Shown here: in pieces, positions 1 through 9,106 of the stretch
Position numbering within the stretch: position 1 is the first letter of the stretch
How the letters are laid out: every line of letters starts with the position of its first letter
Assembly (NCBI GenBank): GCA_039809905.1
Contig: JBDHVY010000001.1
Span: 1-32,000 of the forward strand
Direction of reading: 5' to 3'
DNA length: 32,000 bases
From: Candidatus Babelota bacterium
GTDB lineage: Bacteria > Babelota > Babeliae > Babelales > Vermiphilaceae
Position numbers and translations under genes: made by a program
The notes under the pieces: generated by a model
Databases searched by the model: none
Told to the model about the DNA's origin: nothing
Seen by the model: only the letters and a program-made list of their open reading frames with translations

Positions 1-346
1 TGAGTGCATTAAGTTCTCGGATTATTTTTTTAGAAATCTGTTTTTTATAGAGCTTACGCATTTTTTGCAACAATTTCTGCGAATAATCTATTACCTCTGC
101 TATATCATCATATGATTCTATAGATAACCCACTTTCAATATATTTACAAAAATCATGCAACGGAGAATTGTCATCGGAATCTAATCGACTTATTTCTAAC
201 ATAATCTCATAAAGATCATTATGCTCTTCATCAGGATACACAGATTTTGTACTATCTACATTTCTAGGATTTGATAACAAAAGCGGTGAAGGAAACATTA
301 AAGATAAAGAAATAAAAATTGTACTATATCTTTTGAAATAAGCCAT
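1..346 (-). CDS. Partial CDS (C-terminus beyond window): secreted protein paralogous to the N-terminal domain of the neighbouring S74 fibre protein
   Basis: Reverse strand ATG at 346, open for 115 codons to the window edge: MAYFKRYSTIFISLSLMFPSPLLLSNPRNVDSTKSVYPDEEHNDLYEIMLEISRLDSDDNSPLHDFCKYIESGLSI... Similar to LYDVISRINRLENNADSVLAELKRHIEEGFSI in the 496..3258 gene. Not in the ORF track because it has no stop in the window. Confidence 0.75.
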   Translation of the reverse strand, partial: MAYFKRYSTIFISLSLMFPSPLLLSNPRNVDSTKSVYPDEEHNDLYEIMLEISRLDSDDNSPLHDFCKYIESGLSIESYDDIAEVIDYSQKLLQKMRKLYKKQISKKIIRELNAL

Positions 347-427
347 ATCTATGCCCAATCATTTAATTAATCTCTACAAAGTCCTTTATTTTTTTAACAA
401 AAGAAACTTGATTAAATCAATGAATAA

Positions 428-486
428 TATAAAAAGCAAAGCAGGTCAGACAAAATTTTATTGTCTGACCTGCTTTGCTTTTTATA
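428..486. terminator. Strong bidirectional intrinsic terminator hairpin
   Basis: 26-bp perfect inverted repeat (428..453 / 461..486, core AAAAGCAAAGCAGGTCAGACAA / TTGTCTGACCTGCTTTGCTTTT), 7-nt loop, just downstream of the stop of the minus-strand gene at 496. Confidence 0.85.
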
Positions 487-495
487 ACAAAATAT

Positions 496-3258
496 TTATT
501 GTGTTAACATATCCAATCGAGCCATTACTTTTTGCATTGCCTGATTAATTGTAGCATTGTCCGTAACTAATTGATTAATTACTTGTGCTTGATCCTGAAC
601 TGTAGCATGTAATTTTTGAAGCTCATTCAATAATAGTTGTGGTAGTAAATGATAGCGTACAGTATACGGTTGTCCTTCTGAATCTTTTACCACCAAATCA
701 GGAAACACTTGATTAACTTCCTCTGCAATCAAACCATATTGCACTGCTTCTTCTAGATCATTATTGTAAACAAAAGTAACTGGTCTGAGTTTCATAATAT
801 CATTTGATGCATCATTCATATCTTGTATATCATGTTTAAATCTTTGCGAAGAAACAACTGTTCCCAGCTGCCCGTTAGCATCGACAAAGGTCAATATCCC
901 TGTACCCCCTACAGCTGTACCAAAAATACCTTGAATAAATGTTGCTATATGTGTTGCTGGAGTACCTATACGAATAACACCTGTTTCAGATGATACACCA
1001 GGATTTGATATGTAAATATTATCATCACCTGTTGTTAAACTCAGTCCAGAATTATACCCTACCATAACATTAGTAAATCCAGTAGTAAGATTTAAAGCTG
1101 CATTGTTTCCAACAAAAGTATTATTATTACCTGTTGCCAAGGTAAATCCACCCTGGAATCCAACTGCTGTGTTTCCTATTCCAGTTGTATTGCTTGCTAA
1201 AGTAAAATTACCTAGAGCTGTATTATCGTTTCCTTGAATGTTATTTACTAATGCAAAAGCTCCGTATGCAGCATTATTAGCACCAATTGTATTGGTATTC
1301 ATAGAGAACGCACCAACAGATGTATCATTAAATCCTGTTGTATTTGAGAATAATGCATTACGTCCAACACCAACATTTTCAGCGCCAGTAGTAGCAAAAT
1401 TACCCGCATTTATTCCAACAAATGTGTTATCTGTTCCAAAATTATGAATAAATCTATTGCCGGCTTTCATAATATTACCGACAGTTGGACTTGTGCTATT
1501 ATTCATAAATATATTGCAGTCAACAATCAAATCGCAGAGAGACAAACTACCCGCAAAAATATCAGTAGCAGATAAATCAACTACACAAAGATTGTCCATG
1601 CAACTTAGTACTGTTAAATCGGTTACGGTAATCGTTTGTGCAATTTCTTCATTCACTGATAATGTACCACTAATGCTTGCATCAACAGCTGAAAAATTAT
1701 TAACACACAAGCTATTCATACAATTTAAAACAACTAAATCTGTAACTGATAAATCAGTAACACACAAATTATCAATACAGCTTAAAACAACCAAATCGGT
1801 AACTGATAGATTTCGAATTACACCATCTGTAGCAGATAATGTAGTTGTCGTAATATTTTGTACAATTTCATCATTGACTGATAATGTACCACTTATGCTT
1901 GCATCAACAGCCGATAATGTATTCACACACAAACTATCCAAGCAACTTAAAATAACTATTTCGCCTACAGAAAGCTCAGTAACACAGAGGCTATCTATAC
2001 AACTCAAAACTACTAAATCAGTAACTGATAGATTTGTAATAGCTGCATCAGTTGCAGATAGATTTTGAATTACGGTATCAGTTGCAGATAGATTTTGAAT
2101 TACGGCATCGGTTGCAGACAGTGTTGTTGCCGTAATATTTTGTACAATTTCATCATTAACTGATAATGTACCACTTACTGTTTCATCAACAGCGGATAAA
2201 GAATTAACACACAAGCTATCCAAGCAGCTTATAATAGTTAAATCAGTTACTGATAAATTAGTGACACACAGATTATCTATGCAGCTTGCTACAGCTAAGT
2301 CAGTAACTGAAAGATTAGTAACACACAAATTATCAATACAGCTTGCAACAACTAAATCAGTGACAGATAAATCATTCACGCACAAGCTATCCATACAACT
2401 TAATACAACTAAATCGGTCACTGATAAATTTTCAATCACAACATCTGTTGCAGAAAGAACTTCAATAACTACATCAATGATTGTTAGACCAGCAATTGGG
2501 CCGTTAAAGGTTACTGTTCCATCAACGGTTAAATCACCTTTTATGAAAACATCATCTTTGAATTTAACATCGTCTTTGAAGCATACATCATCGTCAAAAC
2601 GAACTTTATTTTTGAAAACAGATTTTCCATAAACTTTAAGTTTACCATCTATTTCAACATTTTTTTTAAATGCAGCATCACCGAAAACCTCCAGTGGTGC
2701 TCTGACCTTAACAACTTTAACAGGACTTGGAGAAGGGCAACATTGATTATTAGATGGATCATTTCGATAAATCATACCGCTTTCAGGTAATTCATATTGA
2801 GTTGCCGAAACTGGTAATAATTTTTTTGCATTGATAGTAAGAGATTCATTAATTACTTGATTAATCACAGTGATAAGCGCATCAGAAATTTCTTCTGATT
2901 CATCAGGATTTATTTCTGAACTATATTCATCAAGTGTTCTTTCAGCATATTCAAGAGCATCTAGAACAGCACTATGCAACCCTATAGAAAAACCTTCTTC
3001 GATATGTCTTTTTAATTCTGCCAAAACAGAATCCGCATTATTTTCTAATCGATTTATACGAGATATTACATCATATAAATTACTAAACTCTTTTCCCAGA
3101 TAAACATAATGCATATCAGCATTATCTAAAATTTCATGTAATTCCTCTTTTGAAATATATGCTTGATGTCTTTCTATTGATTGCAACTGCGATGTTACAA
3201 ATAAAAGACTCATTGTTAAAAAATTGATGGAACAATTTATGAACCGAAAATTCTTCAT
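496..3258 (-). CDS. Large secreted repeat/fibre protein with YadA-head-like 'NTxxG' repeats and a C-terminal intramolecular chaperone (Peptidase_S74-like) domain
   Basis: N-terminal hydrophobic segment; LSVTDLVVLSCIDSLCVTN repeats; GNDNTALGNFTLASNTTGIGNTAVGF-type head repeats; C-terminal SSQRFKHDIQDMNDASNDIMKLRPVTFVYN...YGLIAEEVNQVFPDLV with coiled coil, matching the S74 chaperone pattern. ATG at 3258 preferred over the TTG at 3264. Confidence 0.85.
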   Translation of the reverse strand: MKNFRFINCSINFLTMSLLFVTSQLQSIERHQAYISKEELHEILDNADMHYVYLGKEFSNLYDVISRINRLENNADSVLAELKRHIEEGFSIGLHSAVLDALEYAERTLDEYSSEINPDESEEISDALITVINQVINESLTINAKKLLPVSATQYELPESGMIYRNDPSNNQCCPSPSPVKVVKVRAPLEVFGDAAFKKNVEIDGKLKVYGKSVFKNKVRFDDDVCFKDDVKFKDDVFIKGDLTVDGTVTFNGPIAGLTIIDVVIEVLSATDVVIENLSVTDLVVLSCMDSLCVNDLSVTDLVVASCIDNLCVTNLSVTDLAVASCIDNLCVTNLSVTDLTIISCLDSLCVNSLSAVDETVSGTLSVNDEIVQNITATTLSATDAVIQNLSATDTVIQNLSATDAAITNLSVTDLVVLSCIDSLCVTELSVGEIVILSCLDSLCVNTLSAVDASISGTLSVNDEIVQNITTTTLSATDGVIRNLSVTDLVVLSCIDNLCVTDLSVTDLVVLNCMNSLCVNNFSAVDASISGTLSVNEEIAQTITVTDLTVLSCMDNLCVVDLSATDIFAGSLSLCDLIVDCNIFMNNSTSPTVGNIMKAGNRFIHNFGTDNTFVGINAGNFATTGAENVGVGRNALFSNTTGFNDTSVGAFSMNTNTIGANNAAYGAFALVNNIQGNDNTALGNFTLASNTTGIGNTAVGFQGGFTLATGNNNTFVGNNAALNLTTGFTNVMVGYNSGLSLTTGDDNIYISNPGVSSETGVIRIGTPATHIATFIQGIFGTAVGGTGILTFVDANGQLGTVVSSQRFKHDIQDMNDASNDIMKLRPVTFVYNNDLEEAVQYGLIAEEVNQVFPDLVVKDSEGQPYTVRYHLLPQLLLNELQKLHATVQDQAQVINQLVTDNATINQAMQKVMARLDMLTQ
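1560..2480 (-). repeat. Coding tandem repeat region: 57-nt (19-aa) Cys-containing units interspersed with 10-aa LSATDxVIQN units
   Basis: About nine copies of the (S/N)C(I/L/M)(D/N)(S/N)LCV motif in the translated frame, for example SCMDSLCVND, SCIDNLCVTN (x2), SCLDSLCVNS, SCIDSLCVTE. Confidence 0.8.
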
Positions 3259-3340
3259 ACACAACCCTTTTTTTTATACTTTTCCCACCGTTTTTATGTA
3301 ACAAAAATAGAGTAATGGTGTCAATAAAAGGATCGATAAC

Positions 3341-3373
3341 AAAAAAGATCTTTTAAACAAAGATCTTTTTTTG
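3341..3373. terminator. Putative intrinsic terminator
   Basis: AAAAAAGATCTTT / AAAGATCTTTTTTT inverted repeat between the S74 gene and ruvC. Confidence 0.6.
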
Positions 3374-3399
3374 TTGTTATAAATTGTCCTACTGAATTT

Positions 3400-3891
3400 T
3401 TATTTTGCTAAAATGTTATTTTGATTAATCGCCCATAGACCACACAAAGTAACTGCTAAAGCATCCGTAACATCTTCTTTTTTTGGCATCTCCATTCCGG
3501 GAAATAGTTGTAAAACAACACGCGCAACTTGATCTTTTGTTGCACCGCCAAAACCGGTTACTGATTGTTTAACTTCAGTTGGTGCAAATTCTTGTAATAC
3601 TGTTTTATGTTTATGTGCAAGAAGATACAATATGCCACGTAAATAACCAAGTTTTAAAAAATTCTGAGCATTTTTTCCTAAAAAAGGAGTTTCTAGAGAT
3701 ATTACGGTAACACCATGTGTTATGATTTTTTCTTCAAAAAATTGATGAAATTGACCAATACGATCAGAAATGCTATCAGATGAGGACATAGTTAAATGGC
3801 CATAATCAAGAAGAAGGGCTTGTCGCCCTTCTTTTTTTAGAATTCCAAATCCGGCATATCTAAAGCCCGGATCAACGCCTAATATTACCAC
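3400..3891 (-). CDS. ruvC: Crossover junction endodeoxyribonuclease RuvC
   Basis: GTG start; MVILGVDPGFRYAGFGIL (RuvC DPG N-terminus), VISLETPF, AQNFLKLGYLRGILYLLA, EFAPTEVKQSVTGFGGATKDQV, KKEDVTDALAVTLC. Confidence 0.95.
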   Translation of the reverse strand: MVILGVDPGFRYAGFGILKKEGRQALLLDYGHLTMSSSDSISDRIGQFHQFFEEKIITHGVTVISLETPFLGKNAQNFLKLGYLRGILYLLAHKHKTVLQEFAPTEVKQSVTGFGGATKDQVARVVLQLFPGMEMPKKEDVTDALAVTLCGLWAINQNNILAK

Positions 3892-3958
3892 CAGACTTCC
3901 TTTCAGTTTTTAACAATTTTTTAATCAAAGCATAGCATGATTGCACTGAAAGTGTATT

Positions 3959-4006
3959 AAAAAAAGCTTACGATCACCACTTTGACGGCAATCATAAGCT
4001 TTTTTA
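3959..4006. terminator. Intrinsic terminator
   Basis: AAAAAAGCTTACGAT ... ATCATAAGCTTTTTT, one-mismatch stem. Confidence 0.65.
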
Positions 4007-4019
4007 TACAATAATAGAT

Positions 4020-4184
4020 TTATCTTTTAGATATTGTACCAGCAGTACTTTTTCGAAAAATTGAATGATCGCTATCACCTTTTACGAGTGAGGAAAAACC
4101 AAAATGAACCAATGCCATAACAACAACCGCTGTCATCGTACTTAAAACAACTTCGTCTTTTCTTGGAAAAAATCCGCTCTTCAT
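4020..4184 (-). CDS. Small single-pass membrane protein, function unknown
   Basis: MKSGFFPRKDEVVLSTMTAVVVMALVHFGFSSLVKGDSDHS...; GGAAGGGA Shine-Dalgarno upstream of the internal ATG at 4184. Confidence 0.5.
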   Translation of the reverse strand: MKSGFFPRKDEVVLSTMTAVVVMALVHFGFSSLVKGDSDHSIFRKSTAGTISKR

Positions 4185-4229
4185 CTTAGTCCCTTCCACT
4201 ATTATTATTTTACCTTGCACACAAAAAAT

Positions 4230-5609
4230 TTATTCAAAATCAGGAGAATCCTCGAACTTTGTAATTTCTCTGATAAAATTCATAAACACAGTTCCTGTTG
4301 GTCCATTACGGTGTTTTCCAATAATAAGTTCTGCCAATGCCGGATTTTCTGTATCTTGATTGTAAACATAATCGCGATATAGAAACATGATAACATCAGC
4401 ATCCTGTTCAATAGCTCCTGATTCACGTAAATCAGATAAAATTGGCCTTTTATCCATACGACTATCAACTGCCCGTGAAAGCTGTGATAACGCAATTATC
4501 GGGATATTAAGTTCCTTTGCTAATGCTTTGAGTGAACGTGAAATTTCAGACACTTCTTGATGTCGGTTTTCATGTTTTTTACTGGAATGTAACAATTGCA
4601 AGTAATCAACCACCAAAAATTGTAACCCATGCTCAATTTTTAATTTGCGCGCCTTTGCCCGCAGATCCATAATAGTAAGCATGGGTGTATCATCAATAAA
4701 AACTTTCATTTCAGCAAGTTGCGCAGCAACATTGGTTAAATCAATCCATTCATCAGACGAAATGGTGGCATTTCTGATATTATGATGACCAATTCCTGAT
4801 TCTGCTGATAAAAGACGCAAAGTCAGCTGTTCTGCAGACATTTCTAGGGAGAATATACCGGTAGCAAATCCATTGCGTGCAGCGGTAAGAGCAATACCAA
4901 GCGATAGTGCAGTTTTACCCATAGAGGGTCGTGCTGCAAGAACGATAAAGTCGCTATTTTGAAAGCCCGATGTCATTTGATCAAGTTGAGCAAAACCAGA
5001 AGGAATACCTGTTATACCTTTTGTATGACTTTTAATATCAGAAAGATGCTGAAATGTTTTTTTTAACCAAATATCAAGTTGTACAAAACTGTTGCTCGAC
5101 CGCTTATTTGAAATATTGAAAATGATTTTCTCTGCATCATCAAGCACTGCATCTATTGAATCCTCATCTTGTGTGTAGCAATTAGAAATAATTGTTGCCG
5201 CAGAACCAATGAGTTGACGCAATACTGATTTTTCTTTAATAATCGTTGCATGCTGAATAATTAATCCAACAGAAGGTATATCTTCCTGTAGCGTAAGAAG
5301 GTATACAATACCTCCAATGGCATCTAATTGATCTCGCTTAGTCAATTCATCTTGTAAGGTAACAATATCGATTCGTTTATGCTTTTGACTAAGATCAACT
5401 ATAGCCTGATAGATCATTTTATGGGCAACATTATAAAAATCATCAGGAGTAATAACTTCTGCAACCGCACTGATATATTCATCATTTAATAATAATGCTC
5501 CTAAAACAGCTTTCTCTGCATCAATATTGGCAGGAAGACTTTTACCAAGAACCCCTTCAATAGAAGGTTTTTTTGGTACAATGTTATTGTAAGAAGCATT
5601 TTTATTCAT
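4230..5609 (-). CDS. dnaB: Replicative DNA helicase DnaB
   Basis: NIDAEKAVLGALLLNDEYISAVAEVITPDDFY, LDQMTSGFQNSDFIVLAARPSMGKTALSLGIA (Walker A), LQFLVVDYLQLL (Walker B), LSDLRESGAIEQDADVIMFLYR, IIGKHRNGPTGTV. Confidence 0.98.
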   Translation of the reverse strand: MNKNASYNNIVPKKPSIEGVLGKSLPANIDAEKAVLGALLLNDEYISAVAEVITPDDFYNVAHKMIYQAIVDLSQKHKRIDIVTLQDELTKRDQLDAIGGIVYLLTLQEDIPSVGLIIQHATIIKEKSVLRQLIGSAATIISNCYTQDEDSIDAVLDDAEKIIFNISNKRSSNSFVQLDIWLKKTFQHLSDIKSHTKGITGIPSGFAQLDQMTSGFQNSDFIVLAARPSMGKTALSLGIALTAARNGFATGIFSLEMSAEQLTLRLLSAESGIGHHNIRNATISSDEWIDLTNVAAQLAEMKVFIDDTPMLTIMDLRAKARKLKIEHGLQFLVVDYLQLLHSSKKHENRHQEVSEISRSLKALAKELNIPIIALSQLSRAVDSRMDKRPILSDLRESGAIEQDADVIMFLYRDYVYNQDTENPALAELIIGKHRNGPTGTVFMNFIREITKFEDSPDFE

Positions 5610-5617
5610 AATAATAA

Positions 5618-6061
5618 CTACTCAGCAATAATGGTTACTGTTATGCTCGGCTTTAAACGTGTTGATAATTTAATATGGACTTTGAATGAGCCCTTTGATT
5701 TGATAGATTTATCAAATTCTACCTGGCCTTTAGTGATGCTTATGCCTTGTTGAGCAAGTGCCTCAACTACTTCTGATGCATTGACTGAACCATACAATTG
5801 ACCATCATCATGCATTTTCTTTTTGAGAGTAATAGCAACAGTGTTCAGTTTTTCAGCAAACATAGATGTCTGAGAAGCAATTACTTCTTTACGATTTTCA
5901 ACTTTGCGAATTTTAGAAAGGTATTGGCCTTTATTATGAGGTGTTATTTCAACAGCCAATCCCTGGGGGATAAGGAAATTACGAGCAAAACCGTCTCCTA
6001 CTTTGATAATTTCTCCAGCCAACCCTATTTTTTCAACGTCTTTACGTAGGTATACTTCCAT
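5618..6061 (-). CDS. rplI: 50S ribosomal protein bL9
   Basis: MEVYLRKDVEKIGLAGEIIKVGDGFARNFLIPQGLAVEIT; directly upstream of dnaB on the same strand. Confidence 0.96.
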   Translation of the reverse strand: MEVYLRKDVEKIGLAGEIIKVGDGFARNFLIPQGLAVEITPHNKGQYLSKIRKVENRKEVIASQTSMFAEKLNTVAITLKKKMHDDGQLYGSVNASEVVEALAQQGISITKGQVEFDKSIKSKGSFKVHIKLSTRLKPSITVTIIAE

Positions 6062-6080
6062 CTCATGCTCCTTTACAGCA

Positions 6081-6112
6081 CCATGTTACATTACATCTCA
6101 CATGGAGACCCC
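6081..6112. repeat. Copy of the 32-nt GC-rich element, upstream of rplI
   Basis: CCATGTTACATTACATCTCACATGGAGACCCC; see 18777..18808. Confidence 0.5.
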
Positions 6113-6237
6113 AATAAAACCTGGGGGGATAAATTTTGTATTTCCATCCTTTAATACACAGTTTTCAGTATATCCTAAAAAAAAAGACTTGAGAATAAAG
6201 GTTTTTAACTCTTTTCACGTTCCAAGGCTAAAGCACT

Positions 6238-6348
6238 TAAATAGAAACTAGAACGACCCATTGAATGGATAATAAGGATTAAAGCAGTCATAACAATTAA
6301 TACCATAAGAATTAGTGATCCAGAAGGATTTCTAGTCCCTTTTTTCAT
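6238..6348 (-). CDS. Tiny pseudopilin-like/membrane ORF (36 aa), possibly truncated
   Basis: MKKGTRNPSGSLILMVLIVMTALILIIHSMGRSSFY; start overlaps the end of the upstream pseudopilin-like gene. Below the length threshold of the supplied track. Confidence 0.35.
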
Positions 6349-6841
6349 GACTGTTTTCCTCTTTTTTTAATGAAACATAGCAGGTAATCGGTTTTACATG
6401 AGCATATTGGGATGTCATAATAAGACTTATTCCGATAAGAACATCTCCATTCTTTTCAGTTGTAAAAATAAGATGGGCAATATCTTTAGCAATAATACTC
6501 ACAATTGTCTTATGCCACGTATGATCTTTATAAATACCCTCTCTTCTTTCGAGAGAATTTTGATAAAAACGCCACCCAATAGCAAAACCTTCCCTTTCCC
6601 ATATAAGTTCTTGTGGTGAAATTAATTTCCATGCATGTGTACCATTTCTCATCGAACGTATATCACGGACAAAAAAATCTGATGCAATATGAAGAGCTAC
6701 AATTGATTGATTTTTTCTCATAACAGCAAAAGAAGGAATAATGAATACAGTTATAATATGGCAGAAAAATAATGTAACTATAGAAAAAATCATAAGATAC
6801 ATAAGAAAAGATAATAATGAAAATCCTTTTTTATGATGCAT
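6332..6841 (-). CDS. Pseudopilin/prepilin-like protein (type II secretion/type IV pilus minor pilin class)
   Basis: MHHKKGFSLLSFLMYLMIFSIVTLFFCHIITVF: prepilin-peptidase-like KKGF site followed by a hydrophobic helix; the E+5 residue is absent. Confidence 0.6.
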   Translation of the reverse strand: MHHKKGFSLLSFLMYLMIFSIVTLFFCHIITVFIIPSFAVMRKNQSIVALHIASDFFVRDIRSMRNGTHAWKLISPQELIWEREGFAIGWRFYQNSLERREGIYKDHTWHKTIVSIIAKDIAHLIFTTEKNGDVLIGISLIMTSQYAHVKPITCYVSLKKEENSHEKRD

Positions 6842-7100
6842 ATAATTCTCTATTATAGCCCCAATCTCTATTGCATGCTGACTGGGGACCCCAAATTAGG
6901 AGGTTTTTTGGTATTATTTTTTGTGAAAGTTTTTTTTCTGTTTTGTTACGCTTTGTAGAAAAATTTTCAATTTTTTTAAGCGCTTTCTGTTGCGTGCTAT
7001 GCACTTCAATTATATAATGGGTAATAATTAGAATGAAAAAAATTGACACAACCAAACCCATCATCAACTCAACAAGAAGGAATCCATTTTTAGTTTTCAT
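6831..7100 (-). CDS. Prepilin-like protein with type IV N-methylation motif
   Basis: MKTKNGFLLVELMMGLVVSIFFILIITHYIIEV: canonical G|F-x-x-x-E followed by a hydrophobic helix. Start set to the ATG at 7100; overlaps the next gene by 11 nt. Confidence 0.7.
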   Translation of the reverse strand: MKTKNGFLLVELMMGLVVSIFFILIITHYIIEVHSTQQKALKKIENFSTKRNKTEKKLSQKIIPKNLLIWGPQSACNRDWGYNRELYAS

Positions 7101-7190
7101 TTGATTATATTCTTTTAAGTTCTTTACTGAGTTTTTCATGCAGCATATAATAGACAACATGAAAGATATAATAATAATAAAAGGTACGCT

Positions 7191-9080
7191 ATGACATATC
7201 GCAATCTATTTTTTTCTGGGCTAATGAGCATGTTTTGCTTCATTTCATTACCTATGTTGGCAGGTATGATGCCAAATATGGAAGATTTTGAAAAAGAACT
7301 TTTAGAAGCAAATAGAGCAATTGAAGAATACGTCGCAAGTCTTTCACCAGAAGAACAAGCAGCATTCAACAAACAAGTAGAAGAATTTTCACAACTGTTT
7401 GAAAATATGAGCGAGGATGAATTTGAACAGTTTTTAGGCGAAATGTTTGCTGATGAGCCAATGATGATGGAACCAAATCCATTTGATGTTCCTCAACCAA
7501 CACCACAAGAAGAAGTGGTTGAAGTTGTTTTAAGTACTGAAGATAAAAAGAAAGCAGAAACTGCTCTTGCCGTGCTTGATGATATTATTAAACAATCTAA
7601 CCTCTTTATGGTAATGATAAATAGTTCTTCAGATTTGCCAAACCGCATCAATCAATGGGCAAAAAAAGGTGACTTGCTTCACTGGCAAAGTGGAGCAGAT
7701 TGGGTAGCTTTCAAACTAGAACTTGATACATTTATTCAAAAGCTTTATAAAGCAGAAGAACAAGATTTAACAACTAAAAAATACAAATATCTTCTTGAAT
7801 TAATTGCTGATGAAAGTTTGTATAACAACCTTATTCAATTACAGACCGAGCTTAAAAAACTAATCCCAACAATCGAAATTCCAGAATTCAGTATCCAGAA
7901 ATTAAGTTCTGATACAAAAAAAGCAATAAAAAATGTTTTAGGTACCTATACAGAAAGTTTCTATTTACTCGGAACTCCTAAAGCACTTGATACTCTTTTT
8001 GAAAAATATGCACCAGAAGAAGAGAAAATACGTACCGCAGAAGAAGCGGCAAACAAAAGATCCCTTGAAGCCTCCAGAATGACGAGAACTCCTGCGGGAG
8101 AAACCCATGCTGGTATGGACGAGGATATGGGATATGGTGATTATGGTTATGGATACGATAATTACTATGGCGGCGGTTATGGATCTCCTTATGGTTATGA
8201 TAATTATGGCTATGACAATTATGGTGGTTATTCACCTGATTATGGCTCATATGGTTCTGATTATGGTACGGGCCGCAGTAATTCAGGTGGAAGAAGTGGT
8301 GGTGGCAGCGGTAGTTCCGGATCACGCGGCGAATCAGATTCTGAAAAATCAAAAAAAGATAAAGAAGATGAAGATAAAAAAGACAAAAAATCTAAGCCAG
8401 CACGATTTATACCTAACTATGATGTTGAACTAGCATTTGCAGATATCAAAAGTAATTTTAAAGATATCAACAGTCTTTTTGTAGATGAAGAAGAAAATAA
8501 AACCAAATTAGCTGATATTGCAAGCCATCTCAATGACGATAAAGAAGTGAATGTTATTCTTGCGGGAGCTACATTACCAACAGTAGAAAAAAAGCTTACT
8601 GCTATTTATGATGATCTTAAAAAAATCAATGAAAAAGTTGATGATAAAAAACTTAAAGCTGATGAATTAAGCTATTATCAGAAAGAAATCAACAAATTTT
8701 TTGATGACAATAAAAAAGAAGTGGAAAGCTTACGCACAGGCATAAATTCTTTTGAAGAAAAAACTGACGAACAAAAAGAAGCAGCAAAAAAAGAAGAAGA
8801 AGCTAATCCTTCTCCTGCAGAAAAACCTAAAAAAACCGATATTTCTGATCTTTCAGAAGAAAAACGATGGGCATATTTTGGTAAAGAAGTACCAGGTATA
8901 GATGAAAAACTTCAAGAAGCTATCACCTCAAAAGTATCACTGTTTGATATCAGAAGTAAAATTACTGACATTTTTGATGAACTAAAGAAATTTATGTCAA
9001 AAAAAATAGCTGTTCCAAAGAAAAAAGCTGAAACTCCAAAAGAATCCAGTTCTCCGGATAAAACTTTTGATCTTGATTAA
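7191..9080 (+). CDS. Secreted protein with Tyr/Gly-rich low-complexity segment and highly charged coiled-coil C-terminal half, function unknown
   Basis: Signal-like N-terminus MTYRNLFFSGLMSMFCFISLPMLAG; long ORF with uniform coding character; GYGDYGYGYDNYYGGGYGSPYGYDNYGYDNYGGYSPDYGSYGSDYG segment. Confidence 0.8.
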   Translation: MTYRNLFFSGLMSMFCFISLPMLAGMMPNMEDFEKELLEANRAIEEYVASLSPEEQAAFNKQVEEFSQLFENMSEDEFEQFLGEMFADEPMMMEPNPFDVPQPTPQEEVVEVVLSTEDKKKAETALAVLDDIIKQSNLFMVMINSSSDLPNRINQWAKKGDLLHWQSGADWVAFKLELDTFIQKLYKAEEQDLTTKKYKYLLELIADESLYNNLIQLQTELKKLIPTIEIPEFSIQKLSSDTKKAIKNVLGTYTESFYLLGTPKALDTLFEKYAPEEEKIRTAEEAANKRSLEASRMTRTPAGETHAGMDEDMGYGDYGYGYDNYYGGGYGSPYGYDNYGYDNYGGYSPDYGSYGSDYGTGRSNSGGRSGGGSGSSGSRGESDSEKSKKDKEDEDKKDKKSKPARFIPNYDVELAFADIKSNFKDINSLFVDEEENKTKLADIASHLNDDKEVNVILAGATLPTVEKKLTAIYDDLKKINEKVDDKKLKADELSYYQKEINKFFDDNKKEVESLRTGINSFEEKTDEQKEAAKKEEEANPSPAEKPKKTDISDLSEEKRWAYFGKEVPGIDEKLQEAITSKVSLFDIRSKITDIFDELKKFMSKKIAVPKKKAETPKESSSPDKTFDLD

Positions 9081-9106
9081 AAGATAACAAGCTCATCCGC
9101 TATGTT

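Noticed and set aside
1560-2480. CRISPR-like regular repeats
   Set aside because: Repeats are in-frame coding units that vary between copies, with no unique spacers and no cas genes.
1238-2632. Plus-strand ORFs 1238..1447, 1457..2068, 2261..2632
   Set aside because: Antisense shadows of the repetitive 496..3258 coding region; their repeats mirror the real frame.
7978-8433. ORFs 7978..8352 (-) and 8107..8433 (+)
   Set aside because: Low-complexity shadows (His/Asn-rich and Met/Val-rich) of the Tyr/Gly-rich segment in the 7191..9080 gene.
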